Source: Oculina patagonica
Lineage: Eukaryota
Length of the DNA stretch: 64,000 bases
Direction: 5' to 3'
Assembly: GCF_052425735.1 (NCBI RefSeq)
Contig: NC_135758.1
Span: forward strand, 11,594,001-11,658,000
The notes beneath the pieces were generated by a model, which did no database searches, was not told the DNA's origin, and saw only the letters and a list, made by a program, of their open reading frames with translations. Shown piece after piece: positions 24,308-35,286 of this stretch. The translations under genes and the position numbers were made by a program. How positions within the stretch are numbered: the first letter of the stretch is position 1; every line of letters starts with the position of its first letter.

Positions 24308-27300
24308 TTACTCTTTTCCAAACTCAAATGTCACGTTGTCTCCGATCAGCATAAAGGGTGCCCACTGTCTTACGTCTGAATAGCCATTACTTCTCATCCA
24401 CTTCATTGTCTCGTGGAGACATTCGCTGGTACTTTCCCCGCGAACAAGGTGCTCGTAAAAACGACTCATGAACTGCTCCGTTGCAGTGTCCTCTATGGCC
24501 CACAGTGCCACCAACACTGAGCGTGCACCGGATCCCAAGAACGCTCGAGCTATTCCAACAACTCCCTCAGCTCGAATCTGTCCCTTCCCACTGTGACAAC
24601 AGCTAAGTACGACAAGCTTAGCTCTAAGTTGAACACAAGAAATGTCAGACATTGTCAATAGGTAGTCTTCTTCTTGAGGAGTTTTGTTTGGAGTATATAC
24701 AGGAGACAGTGCGATTTCTCCTCTTTCGGCATCACCATGCGCTGCAAAATGTATCAGACTCGCTGAATGTATCCTTTGCAGTACCGCCTGCTTAGTTGCG
24801 TGCTCTGCTAGCAAAGGCTCGACACCAAGCAGTTGTCCAATCATCTCTGCTTCCTTTCCTGCACAAGGCAGTCGTAAAATGTTTTTAAGACGTTCTCTGT
24901 AACGCACCCGACCAACCTTAGGATCACCCACTATGAGTGCGCCACTCTGACTGTGATAGTCTGCTGGACTCTCCTGGATAAGCTTCAGAGTCGTCAAAGA
25001 AGGGACGCTGCGTATCATGAAACTCTCTGAGAGATATTTCCCATTTTCATCGAGTAAAGCTGCAAATGGAACTTTATACAAGGATTTATCAGGAACAATG
25101 ATGATTTCAGAATTTTCAAGAAAATCAGCCACAGGAGTGATGAGCATTTTATAACACAGAGATAGTTTTAGTTCCTGTTCTTTGTTTTCGTTGCCATCAT
25201 TTGCTGCTCGAGAAACTGGAAGGCTGTTGTCGAAAGGTGTTGTAGCACTTGGCTGACTGCCGTTTAGAGATCGATCTTCACAATGCCTATCCTGTAACGA
25301 GCGAAAACTTCTGAAGCTTATATTTAAAAAGTCGTCCAAATTTGATCCATTGTTAAACTTATTTTCATTCACCATTTCTGTGATGAAATGTATACCACCG
25401 CTTGGTTTGAGGATCCAAAGACGTATACATTGACCATAATATGAAATGTACAGACAAGTAGAGTTCCTTTCCTTCTTCATTACCTTTTCAATTCCAATCC
25501 ACGACTGGGGACTTGCCGAGAACTGTTTTTCAACACAGTACTGCGCTGACATTAAGTCTCCAAGAGCTCTGGCACGTGCCAGATCTTGGACATAAAGGGC
25601 TTGATTAGGATATCCTGCGACACAAAACAACTCAGTTAAGGATCTGTAGAGAAGAGAGTTCTTTTCTGTAAAAGAAATCTTAAACTGATCGTTGTCTCCA
25701 AGGAAACCATGTAAATCTTCGCACTTTTTAATACTAGGGAGGAGATAACAAAATGCTTGGTGGAATTTTCCTTGTGCTAACTTCAAGAACGCCAAATTGT
25801 AGAGATTAAGAATCTCCTCTTCACAATATCCAATATTTGTGCTGAAAGCAAGTGCCTTCTCAAGACATTCTTCAGCCTTGACAAAATCTCCAAGAGACAT
25901 GAACACAGTCCCTAGTCTTCCATAACATGATGCCTCTCCTTGTCTATCACCAATTTCCACTTTGATAGCAAGTGCTTTCTCAATATATTTCTTTGCCTTG
26001 TCATAATCACCAATTGATATAAACAAAACTCCTAAGTTTCCATAAACTGCTGCTTCGCCTCCTTGATCACCAATTTTTCTTTCGATCTGAAGTGCTTTTT
26101 CGAGATATTCCACTGCCTCGGCATATTTATCAAGCTTTAAAGACAAACTTCCCAGGTTTCCGTAGTTAGTTGCTTCTCCTAGTCTGTTACCAATAGCTCT
26201 TTGGATCGCTAGTGCTTTTTCGAAACATTCTTCGGCTTTAACATATTCTCCAATCGATAAAAAGAGTTGTCCCAGGTTTGAATAATTTCCTGCTTCTCCT
26301 TCTCTGTCACCAATTTGTAACCTGATTCCAATTGCTTTCAGGAGACATTCTTCAGCCTTGGCATATTCTCCACGATTTAGATACACGGCTCCTAAGTTTC
26401 CATAAACGTCCGATGCTCCTTTTTTGTCACCAATATCGCTACTAATCGCAAGTGATTTCTCGAGGTATTCTTCTGCCGTGGTATATTCACCAAGATTTAC
26501 ATACACAGTCCCTAGGTTTCCATAGCCTGCTGCCTCTCCTTGCCTGTCGCCAATCTCTTTACTGATCGCGAGTGCTTTTTCGATATACCCCACAGCCTTG
26601 GCATATTCATTAGTAAATATAAAGACAGTTCCTAGGTTTGTATAACACGAGGCTTGGACTTGCCTGTCTCCAATTTTTTCTTGGATCACAAGTGCTCTTT
26701 TGAGGTATTCTTCAGCCCTGACATATTCACCAAGAGTTCGCAACACAATTCCGAGGATTACGTAACTTGCTGCTTCTCCTGTTCTGTCACCAATTTTTAT
26801 TTGAATCGCTATTGCTTTCTCAATATATTCTTGCGTCTTAGCATATTCACCGCGGGATCGAAACACAGTTGCTAGGTTTCCGTAACATCTTCCTTTTAAT
26901 TTTTCAACCCTATCACCCCTTTCGTTGCTAAGTGCAAGCGCTTTCTCAAGGTACTCTTCAGCTTTGCCATATTCACCAAGATACATAAACACAGTTCCTA
27001 GGTTCCCGTAATCGGCTGCTTGTCCGTGTGTATCACCAATTTCTATTTTCATCGCTAGCGCTTTCTCGATGTACTCTTTAGCCTTGTTGTATTGACCAAG
27101 AGAGCGAAACAAAACTCCCAGGTTTCCATTACACCAGGCTTCTCCTTTTCTGTCATTAATTTCTGTTGTGATAGCAAGTGCTTCCTTGATATAATCTGCA
27201 GCCTTGACAAATTGGAAACGGGAAGAAAACACAAGGCCAATTTGTTGACAGGCGTAGGCTTCTCCTTTTCTGTCGCCAGTTTCTTTCGCAATGTTAATTG

Positions 27301-27685
27301 CTCTCTCATATAGCTCTTTTGCCTCTTCATATTTACTTTGATGGAACAAAAGTTTTGCCAGTGTTATACTCATCTTGCCCTCCTTTACTTTTTTACCACA
27401 TTCGCGATGCATTTTAAGTATTTTCCTGCCGTATTGTACTGCATTTGTGTAATCATGGATAACAAATGACACTCGGAATAATGCAGTGTATATCAGGTGA
27501 AAAAGTTCTCCGACAAATTTCGAATTCTTATCCAGTACATCTTCGTTTCCGACCACTATATTAAGAATAATCAAGCATTCCTTGCATAATTCGATGGCTT
27601 TGAGTCCGCGATAGGTGTTACAAAGGAAACAAGCAACTAGTATTCCAATCCGGATGGCTTCTAAAACGTCTTGTACTGTTTCCAT
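24308..27685 (-). CDS. TPR-CHAT protein (TTC28-like), single coding exon, 1125 aa
   Basis: About 13-14 tandem 40-aa TPRs followed by a CHAT domain with IVPD..L..VPFAAL, HFAAHG, LVVLSCC, AFLGSGA.SV.V.LW and WAPF motifs. Confidence 0.93.
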   Translation of the reverse strand: METVQDVLEAIRIGILVACFLCNTYRGLKAIELCKECLIILNIVVGNEDVLDKNSKFVGELFHLIYTALFRVSFVIHDYTNAVQYGRKILKMHRECGKKVKEGKMSITLAKLLFHQSKYEEAKELYERAINIAKETGDRKGEAYACQQIGLVFSSRFQFVKAADYIKEALAITTEINDRKGEAWCNGNLGVLFRSLGQYNKAKEYIEKALAMKIEIGDTHGQAADYGNLGTVFMYLGEYGKAEEYLEKALALSNERGDRVEKLKGRCYGNLATVFRSRGEYAKTQEYIEKAIAIQIKIGDRTGEAASYVILGIVLRTLGEYVRAEEYLKRALVIQEKIGDRQVQASCYTNLGTVFIFTNEYAKAVGYIEKALAISKEIGDRQGEAAGYGNLGTVYVNLGEYTTAEEYLEKSLAISSDIGDKKGASDVYGNLGAVYLNRGEYAKAEECLLKAIGIRLQIGDREGEAGNYSNLGQLFLSIGEYVKAEECFEKALAIQRAIGNRLGEATNYGNLGSLSLKLDKYAEAVEYLEKALQIERKIGDQGGEAAVYGNLGVLFISIGDYDKAKKYIEKALAIKVEIGDRQGEASCYGRLGTVFMSLGDFVKAEECLEKALAFSTNIGYCEEEILNLYNLAFLKLAQGKFHQAFCYLLPSIKKCEDLHGFLGDNDQFKISFTEKNSLLYRSLTELFCVAGYPNQALYVQDLARARALGDLMSAQYCVEKQFSASPQSWIGIEKVMKKERNSTCLYISYYGQCIRLWILKPSGGIHFITEMVNENKFNNGSNLDDFLNISFRSFRSLQDRHCEDRSLNGSQPSATTPFDNSLPVSRAANDGNENKEQELKLSLCYKMLITPVADFLENSEIIIVPDKSLYKVPFAALLDENGKYLSESFMIRSVPSLTTLKLIQESPADYHSQSGALIVGDPKVGRVRYRERLKNILRLPCAGKEAEMIGQLLGVEPLLAEHATKQAVLQRIHSASLIHFAAHGDAERGEIALSPVYTPNKTPQEEDYLLTMSDISCVQLRAKLVVLSCCHSGKGQIRAEGVVGIARAFLGSGARSVLVALWAIEDTATEQFMSRFYEHLVRGESTSECLHETMKWMRSNGYSDVRQWAPFMLIGDNVTFEFGKE

Positions 27686-28758
27686 GATAGAGCGAGGACT
27701 CTTCTTTAAGCCACATGCAAATGAAAAATAATAGAAAATGAATAGTTTAAAACCAGCTACTTTCCTAATTATCCTCAGTCTTGGCTGCGATTATATAAAA
27801 CTCTTGAACGTAATATATCAGTGTTTCAATGCGAACTCTAAGCACCAAGAAGAGAGTTGAAAATGCGACGCGCAGCGGAGTATTTTTGACGAACTTCGGG
27901 GTGTTTGGATAGCCGATGAAAAACTGCCTCGAGTGTTTGATATATCTTCTAAATCAAAACAAAAACTACAGAGTAAACGGAGAAATTAAAATCGTACATA
28001 TCTATGATAACTAAGATCAGGTATCCAAACCTCCTTCACGGTTATGATTTTCTTTGTTTTACCTTGATGATTTATTAATGAGTTTGAGAATGACATTTTA
28101 TTCACGAGTTAGCTCGTAGAGCCTCTGATTGACAGTAGGACGAACGAAAAAAAGAAAACTGAAAGACGCAGACGTGGTCCGCTGTCTCTCTGAATAATCC
28201 TTAAGCTACGTACCTCTGGAAATTTGAGAGAAATATCCATCTGTTTTCTTTCCATGTCTCCGTTTTGTTATTTTAACACAGTGAACATGAATGCGTCAAA
28301 CCGGTAAAGCTTGCATAAGATAGCATGACTCAATGTAAAAGAATTTCAGTTTCATGCAGCTCCTAACCTTTCATTCGTGTCTCTACGCTAATCCCTTGTT
28401 TAATGATTATCAACTTGAAGTCGATAAAGGTAAATAAGTCGTTTTAGCGAATCTGGAAAGTTTAACAAGAAGACAACTCTATCAAACTTAAATTCGCAGA
28501 AAATCGATTCATTGATATTTGGCAATTGCAGGTGGCTTCTGACCTTCCCTTACTCTCCTTCTAGGAGGTGAATTTAGCGACAATATTTGTAAAATTTGTT
28601 TGAGACTGGTGGTCGGATGCAGCTGATGGTTGTTTTCCATGACATGTCTGGTACTTAGTTACGATGTAATTAATTGCAGCTTTTTTACTGAAGAACGTCG
28701 TGCTTGGTCGGTCGTATTCTACTGTGCTTAACTGATCTCAATTGACAATGGGTATAGT

Positions 28759-31700
28759 AGAAGAAGAAGAAGAAGAAGAAAAACTTTATTTACCCACGGA
28801 ATCCCATTCATCAGTTAATGGTCTTCCAGAGATCCGTGCTCTAATATAATTACAATTTAAAATAAATAATGAATTCAAATATGTGTAGAATCTATAAATA
28901 TATATATTAATAATTAACAATTCTCTTAAAAATATTTAGGTCTTTCGATTTTTTGACTTCTACAGGAAGTGCATTCCATGCTACTACTCCGTTATAGGCG
29001 AGGCTCCTTTTAAGGAACTCTGTGTTAGGTTTTGGAACACATAGGTTTATATGGCAGCCTCTAGTTTCATAGTGATGAGTCTCTCTAACTGGAATGAAGT
29101 TTCGTGCCAACGAGTGTGGTGCCAGATTGTTGGCAATTTTGTACATAGTTGTTACTTTTTGTTGGTACCAGCGATCTTCTAGAGGCTGCCATCCTAGGTC
29201 CTTTCTTAGATCAGCAGATCTGACTTCATAGCCAGACCTAGTGATAATTCTTGCTGCTCGATTTTGTAGTCTTTGTAATTTTGTCCGTAACCCTTTATCA
29301 CATGTGTGCCAAACAGGCGAGCAGTAATCAAAGTGAGGTTGTATAATTGATTTATAGATTTGATTTAAAGAATCATTAGGGAGTATTTCACGGGTTCGCC
29401 TTAGGACACCTAAGCCCTTGCTAACTTTTTTACTAATATTAGAAACATGTTCCTTCCAAGTAAGGTTTTCATCTAAGGTGACACCCAGCGACACTGTTTT
29501 TTCAACTCGTTTTAGATTGGTATCTCCAATCTTTAGGTTTAGGTCTAAATTTGCGTGATTTAGCCTTTTTCTAGAGCCAATTATCATATATTCAGTTTTT
29601 ACCACATTAATACTGAGGCGATTTGCATCAAGCCAATTTTCTAGTTGTTTTAGGTCTTCATTCAATTTAAGCTCAATAGAATGGGTATCGATGCCACTTG
29701 ATGTTATGCTGGTATCATCAGCATACATACTTGGAATGGAATAAGTTAAGCAACCAGGCAAATCATTTATGTATAGTAAGAAAAGTAGAGGGCCCAGTAT
29801 AGAGCCTTGAGGGACTCCACATTTTATATTTTCACAGTTGGATATGTTGCCATTAGTATAACAATATTGCGTTCTATTAGTTAGATACGATCTAAACCAT
29901 TTTAATTCGTTTGCTATTATGCCATAACTTTGCATTTTTTTAATTAAAATATCATGGTCAACTGTGTCAAAGGCCTTTTTAAGGTCCAGGAAAACAGCAA
30001 CATTAATTTTACCTTCATCCATATTTTTTAACCAAACAATGGTATCTTTAAGCAAGGCTGTTAGTGTTGAGTTTAATGGTCTGAACCCTGACTGGTGATC
30101 TGAGAGAATATTATTTTCTTCTAGATATTTATAAATTTGGGAGAAAATTATTTTTTCGATAATTTTTGAGACTATTGGTAGGATGGAGATTGGTCTGTAG
30201 TTACTTGGATCACATCTATCTTTAGACTTATACTTGGGAAGTACTTTAGCGACCTTCCAATCATCAGGAAAGATGCCACTTGAAATTGAGGCATTAAAGA
30301 TGTGGGAGAGTGGCGTGGAAATAACATTACAGGCAAGCTTGAAAATCGATGCCGGGAGCTTGTCTAGACCAGTAGCTTTGTTTGCTGAGAGTTTTCTGAT
30401 GGTTTCTTCAACTATGTTGCAATTTATTTGCTCAAATTTAAAGGATTGTGATCTTTCTGTATGGAGTTCTATGGAATCATGGTTAGGAGTAGGTAGATGT
30501 TCTGCAAGAGATGGTCCAATGTTTACAAAATATTTATTGAGCAGATTTGCAATTTCTTTGGGGTCAGTAATGTCATCTTCATTCGCCTTTAGCTTATTAA
30601 TTCGGATTACTTTCGATGTTTTACTCATAGCTGCATTTAAGACTTTCCAGGTGTTTTTTATATCATTGCAACTTTCATTTATCTTATTTATGAAGTAATC
30701 ACGTTTAGTTTCCTTCATTTTCCTGTTTAGTTCGTTTTTGGCTTTGCGATAAGCGTTCCAGTTCGCTTGGGAGTTATTTTTTACGGCTCGTTTCTTCAAG
30801 GCATCCCTATGAAACATAAGCTTTTTAAGCTCGAAGCTAAGCCACGGCACCCCTTTATTTCTCAAATATCTGGCTTTAACTGGCGCATGCAGATTAAGAA
30901 TATTGGTGAAAATATTATTAAAGATTGACCATTTTTTGTTTGGATCATCAGAAGATTCGATTGTGTCCCAGGGTGCTTCAGTTAGATCGTTTAAGAATGA
31001 GGCTTTATCAAAGTTTTTAAAGCTTCTTTTTTCTATTATTCTAGGTTGCCCCCTTGGGGAAACTAAGCGGCGAACAGTATAAATAAGACTATGGTCGCTA
31101 ATTGAAATATGGCACACACCGCTCTTGTATATATGTTGAGGCGAGTTAGTAATTATATGGTCAATCAGAGATTTGGATGTTTTAGTTATGCGGGTTGGTT
31201 GTTTAATTAGTTGCTTATATTGATATTCATCGTAAAGTGATAGCAACCTTTTCGTATGTAAACTTGCATTAGCTTCTAATAAGTTGCAGTTAAAATCACC
31301 AAGTATCACGGATTCCTTATTTACATTATCTAGTTTAGCTAAGAGTGCATCAAGTTTGTCGAAGAGGTCGAGGTCAGATCCTGGAGGTCGGTACCATGTG
31401 CTAACACAAAATGGCTGGGTAAATTTAGCTGAGATTTCGATGGTTAGTGACTCCAGGTGTACACATCCAAGATCTTCCCTCTCGACAAAAGCAATGTTTT
31501 CTTTAATATACATAGCTACACCGCCTCCTTGACGGTTGCGATCTTTACGTATTATGCTATAGCCTGGTAGTGCTACTTCATTGTCATTGATCGATTCATC
31601 AAGTCTTGTTTCATTAATTGCAAGTATGTCAAGGGAGTTGTTCTCCATTAACATTTTAAGCTCGTCGATATGTTTTATGAGACTTGTGATGTTCAGGCTA

Positions 31701-32640
31701 GCTATTTTGAAACCTTTTAACTTATTAATTTCATGAAGAGGGTGAGGACTTGTTTTGGAATTAATTTCGGCAGGAGAATTTGCACCTTTATCAATATACT
31801 TATTAGTAGGAGTCTCACCTAATAACGGAGTAGTAGCCATAGGCGATCAATTTTGGCGAGAAAGATATTTCAGCATGTTCGTGGCCAGCTGTTTGGTTCC
31901 CGACATGTTTAGGTGAAGTCCGCTTCTGTTTAGGTGGCTTTCATCAATGTTATCATTGGAGATCCAGCCCCAGCCTCGTTGAGCGCAGAACTTTTGTAGG
32001 CGTTTGTTTGCATCAGCAATCTTCGGGTTGAGATTTGCGTCATCGGATCTGTTTATTATTTGTGAAAAGGCTATTTCAATGTGTGGATGGTCGTGATTGA
32101 TGTTTTGTGCTATGTCGACGAGGGAGTCGGCAACTTGTTGTGGAGATTTGGTCTGAATGTCGTTTGTGCCTGTGTGAATGATGATCGATTTAGGTTTGTT
32201 TCGAACTGTTGGTTTTATGTAGTCAGCAATGTCAGCTGTCTGAGCACCAGGAAACGATCTAATAAAGACATTACAGCCGGCTCTCTTCTTCATCTTATAG
32301 CCTTGTAGATGTTTGATGATTGAGTCACCGATAATGACAGCGGAGTTAGTTATTGAAGATCTCTCTGGTTGGGGTTCCGAAGGCTGTTTTTTGGTATTTT
32401 TGCTGGGTTTGGTAGCTTCTCGCGTTGAGCTTGAGGGTGCACGCTCCTTTGGGATTTGAGTCTTTGATTTAGTTGTTTTGGAATATGGTACATCTTGCCA
32501 CTCTGGTTGAATCGAGTTCGCTGGATGTTCCTTTTTTCCAGAATCATTTGTGTTTAGTTCTTCGTGCAGGAGGCGTAGAGCAGTGATTAAACTTAGACGT
32601 TCATTCTCCAGGTCGCGTATTTTAACCCCGAGATTGCATT
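28759..32640 (-). mobile_element. L2/CR1-group non-LTR retrotransposon, probably 5'-truncated
   Basis: ORF1 plus ORF2, a short 3' UTR with a stem-loop (CACGGATC...GATTCCGTG), AATAAA and a (TTC)n tail at 28759-28780. No clear TSD. The 5' boundary is approximate. Confidence 0.9.
28907..31840 (-). CDS. LINE ORF2: AP endonuclease + reverse transcriptase, uninterrupted
   Basis: APE motifs INET, GDFN, SDH. RT motifs NYRPIS, LDLKKAFD, GVPQGSILGP, YADD. Confidence 0.95.
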   Translation of the reverse strand: MATTPLLGETPTNKYIDKGANSPAEINSKTSPHPLHEINKLKGFKIASLNITSLIKHIDELKMLMENNSLDILAINETRLDESINDNEVALPGYSIIRKDRNRQGGGVAMYIKENIAFVEREDLGCVHLESLTIEISAKFTQPFCVSTWYRPPGSDLDLFDKLDALLAKLDNVNKESVILGDFNCNLLEANASLHTKRLLSLYDEYQYKQLIKQPTRITKTSKSLIDHIITNSPQHIYKSGVCHISISDHSLIYTVRRLVSPRGQPRIIEKRSFKNFDKASFLNDLTEAPWDTIESSDDPNKKWSIFNNIFTNILNLHAPVKARYLRNKGVPWLSFELKKLMFHRDALKKRAVKNNSQANWNAYRKAKNELNRKMKETKRDYFINKINESCNDIKNTWKVLNAAMSKTSKVIRINKLKANEDDITDPKEIANLLNKYFVNIGPSLAEHLPTPNHDSIELHTERSQSFKFEQINCNIVEETIRKLSANKATGLDKLPASIFKLACNVISTPLSHIFNASISSGIFPDDWKVAKVLPKYKSKDRCDPSNYRPISILPIVSKIIEKIIFSQIYKYLEENNILSDHQSGFRPLNSTLTALLKDTIVWLKNMDEGKINVAVFLDLKKAFDTVDHDILIKKMQSYGIIANELKWFRSYLTNRTQYCYTNGNISNCENIKCGVPQGSILGPLLFLLYINDLPGCLTYSIPSMYADDTSITSSGIDTHSIELKLNEDLKQLENWLDANRLSINVVKTEYMIIGSRKRLNHANLDLNLKIGDTNLKRVEKTVSLGVTLDENLTWKEHVSNISKKVSKGLGVLRRTREILPNDSLNQIYKSIIQPHFDYCSPVWHTCDKGLRTKLQRLQNRAARIITRSGYEVRSADLRKDLGWQPLEDRWYQQKVTTMYKIANNLAPHSLARNFIPVRETHHYETRGCHINLCVPKPNTEFLKRSLAYNGVVAWNALPVEVKKSKDLNIFKRIVNY

Positions 32641-32689
32641 TTAACCCTTTTTCGCTGGAAGAAAACTGAAATGACCATTTCGATATCAT
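31847..32689 (-). CDS. LINE ORF1 with coiled coil and SGNH esterase domain (N-terminus may come from the flank)
   Basis: IIGDSII, FPGA, HTGTND and GLHLN SGNH blocks. The stop lies 6 nt before the ORF2 ATG. Confidence 0.85.
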   Translation of the reverse strand: MISKWSFQFSSSEKGLKCNLGVKIRDLENERLSLITALRLLHEELNTNDSGKKEHPANSIQPEWQDVPYSKTTKSKTQIPKERAPSSSTREATKPSKNTKKQPSEPQPERSSITNSAVIIGDSIIKHLQGYKMKKRAGCNVFIRSFPGAQTADIADYIKPTVRNKPKSIIIHTGTNDIQTKSPQQVADSLVDIAQNINHDHPHIEIAFSQIINRSDDANLNPKIADANKRLQKFCAQRGWGWISNDNIDESHLNRSGLHLNMSGTKQLATNMLKYLSRQN

Positions 32690-33908
32690 TCAAGCTCGGA
32701 CAGAACTAATGAGAAATCGAAAAAGATATGTTGAGTCATTTTTTAAAGGTGTAATGAAATAGACAGAGCAAGTATTTGTTTTAAGCCGAAAGCCAAGAAC
32801 AAACAAGGTAAGGCCAAGTGAAAATGCACGGCCATGCACATATTTCGCATGACTATATCCATGAAGTCTATGTCATAGAAATTAACAAGAAGTATGCAGA
32901 TTACGTAATTTTTCAAGACGTGACAGTCAAGGACTATGACCTGTCCCCTTTCCCAAAGTGTTACGTTATAATATTTCTTAAAGTATTGCAAGGAATTTAA
33001 AGTATTTTATTCTTCCAAAACGCCAACCTTGCCTTGAAAACTGTTTCTTCGGTCTTTGAAACGCTGGAAACAGCATTTCACAAATATATATTTTATTAAT
33101 ATTTTTTCAGGGGAGCATACACCAAGACCCTCTAGAAGCTGGCACCTTTTGCACTTGCCACTTGCCACACCATTCCATGTTCACCGATCGAACAAAAATA
33201 CAAGAAAACAGAAGGTTGTGAACAGTCTACTTTTTTACAAAATCTGCTACCTTGAATTTATCTCGAAAACCCTGTGTACCCTTTAAATTATCTCCACATA
33301 TATCGTAACAAGTTTGGAAACATACGTTGTGTACTTACCGTAATGTGTGTTAAATCGCAGTCGAACTGAGACCACAGTCCTCAAGAACCTCACCTAAACA
33401 ATAACAAAAGACACATCTAGATATTGAATATATAGAGTGTCGAACTTGCATTTGAGATCAGGCTCTATTTTTGATTTACCGAGTAAATCATTTCACAGAA
33501 AACGAAAAAAAATTGTCTGGAACAGAAACACCTACGCAGTGCAATAGACTAAATGAGTCCTCTGTTCTTTTATTAGGGTAAATTGACAGTGCTATTAACT
33601 GTCCAATCCAAATTACTTCCGATATGCAATACTCAAAATTCTAGGCATGACATGATGTATGGAAACTGAAAGCGTACACTACGTTTTAGATAGTATTAGA
33701 TCAGTTCGGATGACTTTCCAACGTCTTTGAGTTTCACATAGTAACCTGTCCATCATGTAAGCGGAAGGTTTATTTTTGCACTCACAAAGTCAAGTTTTCC
33801 GCGAAAACTGACTTTAAGAAGTCCACACTTTTAAAGTAAAATGACCGCGGGGAGTAAGCGATAAAGGTCAAAAAGAGGCTTACCATTAGCAAAAGCGAAC
33901 GAGATGTA

Positions 33909-34070
33909 ACTGTAATTTGTAACGATTGATCCGGGGGGGGGGTACTCGACATAATTTCAGAGGTTCGTGTCTTAAACGGGGTCAGGGTTTAGAAGGCCGG
34001 GCCGCACCTCCCTACCCGAAATTATGTCGAGTACCCCCCCCCCCCCGGATCAATCGTTACAAATTACAGT
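33909..34070. mobile_element. CCGGGGGGG-GTACTC family MITE with a 22-bp perfect inverted extension
   Basis: Core 33931-34048. ACTGTAATTTGTAACGATTGAT is mirrored at 34049-34070. Confidence 0.75.
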
Positions 34071-34862
34071 GAGCATAAAAAAAAAATTATGAGATCAAAT
34101 AGCGTTTCGTGAAACCTACGACACGCGGCCTCAAACACAGAGGATTGTTTGCCTGTGGTGCGATGATGAGTCATCGGTGTTTGGTGTAAAATACATCATT
34201 TTTAAAAGCGTATAGCGTAGTGTAAAATAAGTTTGTGTTGGCGTAACTGCGCTTACACACGGGAAATCTTGCTGTAATTTTAACCCAAAATGGAAAATAG
34301 CTTAAAATTTCACGTTGTTTGATATTTTAGAAAAAAAAATCCACTGTGAGTAATCTTCATGCTCCTTTTTAAGATATTGCCAATTTAGTGTTTGCAATAG
34401 AAATATATGCTTGGATCTTGCTTCTGGTCCAATCTCAAGTGTGCAAACTCACTTGAGTACCTCCACTTCCCATGGCCCCAAACCTCTTCTTTCAAGCCCC
34501 TCACAAGACATCTTTTGCAGTCTATCCAACGCCGCACTTTCTAACCTGTGGTTATCAGTAGTTTAGTCTTTTTTAATGAGAAGTTGGAGTATCAAAAACT
34601 TCTGCCGGTATTGACAATCATTGATAATATTAAAAACTTTAATTTTTTTCTGGCCTGTGTAGAGTTGAGGATGGATTAGGGTGTTGCCCCAACAATTTAC
34701 TCGTACCCATTTGCCGGTACTCCTGAGTGGTAACTGTCAGAGAAAGAGTCTTGCTTAACCAAACACAACACAATGGCCTCGCGTAGGACTCGAACCTGGA
34801 CCGTTCGATCCGGAGCACAGCGTACTAACCATTAGGCCACCGCGCCTCCCACGATTGGCTAA

Positions 34863-35016
34863 TAGGCTAGTTTCGAATTACGCTCCACTGACCACAAACA
34901 AAGAAAATGAGGTCGAGGCTCAGGGGGATAATTTTAATTTTCTTTTGTTTTATTCCCTTAACCTCGACTACACTCCTTTGTTTTGGATCAGTAGAGCGTA
35001 ATTCGAAACTACCCTA
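34863..35016. mobile_element. MITE with TAG...CTA termini
   Basis: TAGGCTAGTTTCGAATTACGCT...AGCGTAATTCGAAACTACCCTA. Absent from the paralogous site at ~53735-53757. Confidence 0.75.
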
Positions 35017-35206
35017 TTGTAACAGCGTATAATACGCAAAAAATCATGTCTTTAAAAGTCTTATTACGAAAGCCAATCGGCAAATACTTCTCTATATAAA
35101 GCGAATTGCACATTACTCACCACGCACACCTCCACAAACAGAAGCATTTAGTTTGACTGCATTACCAAGCAGTGAAGACTAATGGCAAATGATCTCTTTT
35201 CTTTAG

Positions 35207-35286
35207 ATTTATTTTCAGGGCGTCCGAGGAGGATGATATATAAAGGCGACAATGGCACTGATGTGAAGTTTAAGGCTTGCAGTTAA
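35207..35286 (+). pseudogene. Decayed inverted copy of the last (MAM) exon of the astacin gene
   Basis: TTCTTTAG|ATTTATTTTCAGGGCGTCCGAGGAGGATGA...TTAAGGCTTGCAGTTAA matches 53542-53462(-), with a GGA>TGA stop and small indels. Confidence 0.85.

Noticed and set aside
25720-27390. CRISPR-like or satellite 120-bp periodicity
   Set aside because: It is the coding TPR array, in a eukaryotic context with no cas genes.
30234-30698. Antisense ORF in the LINE
   Set aside because: Shadow of the ORF2 codon pattern.
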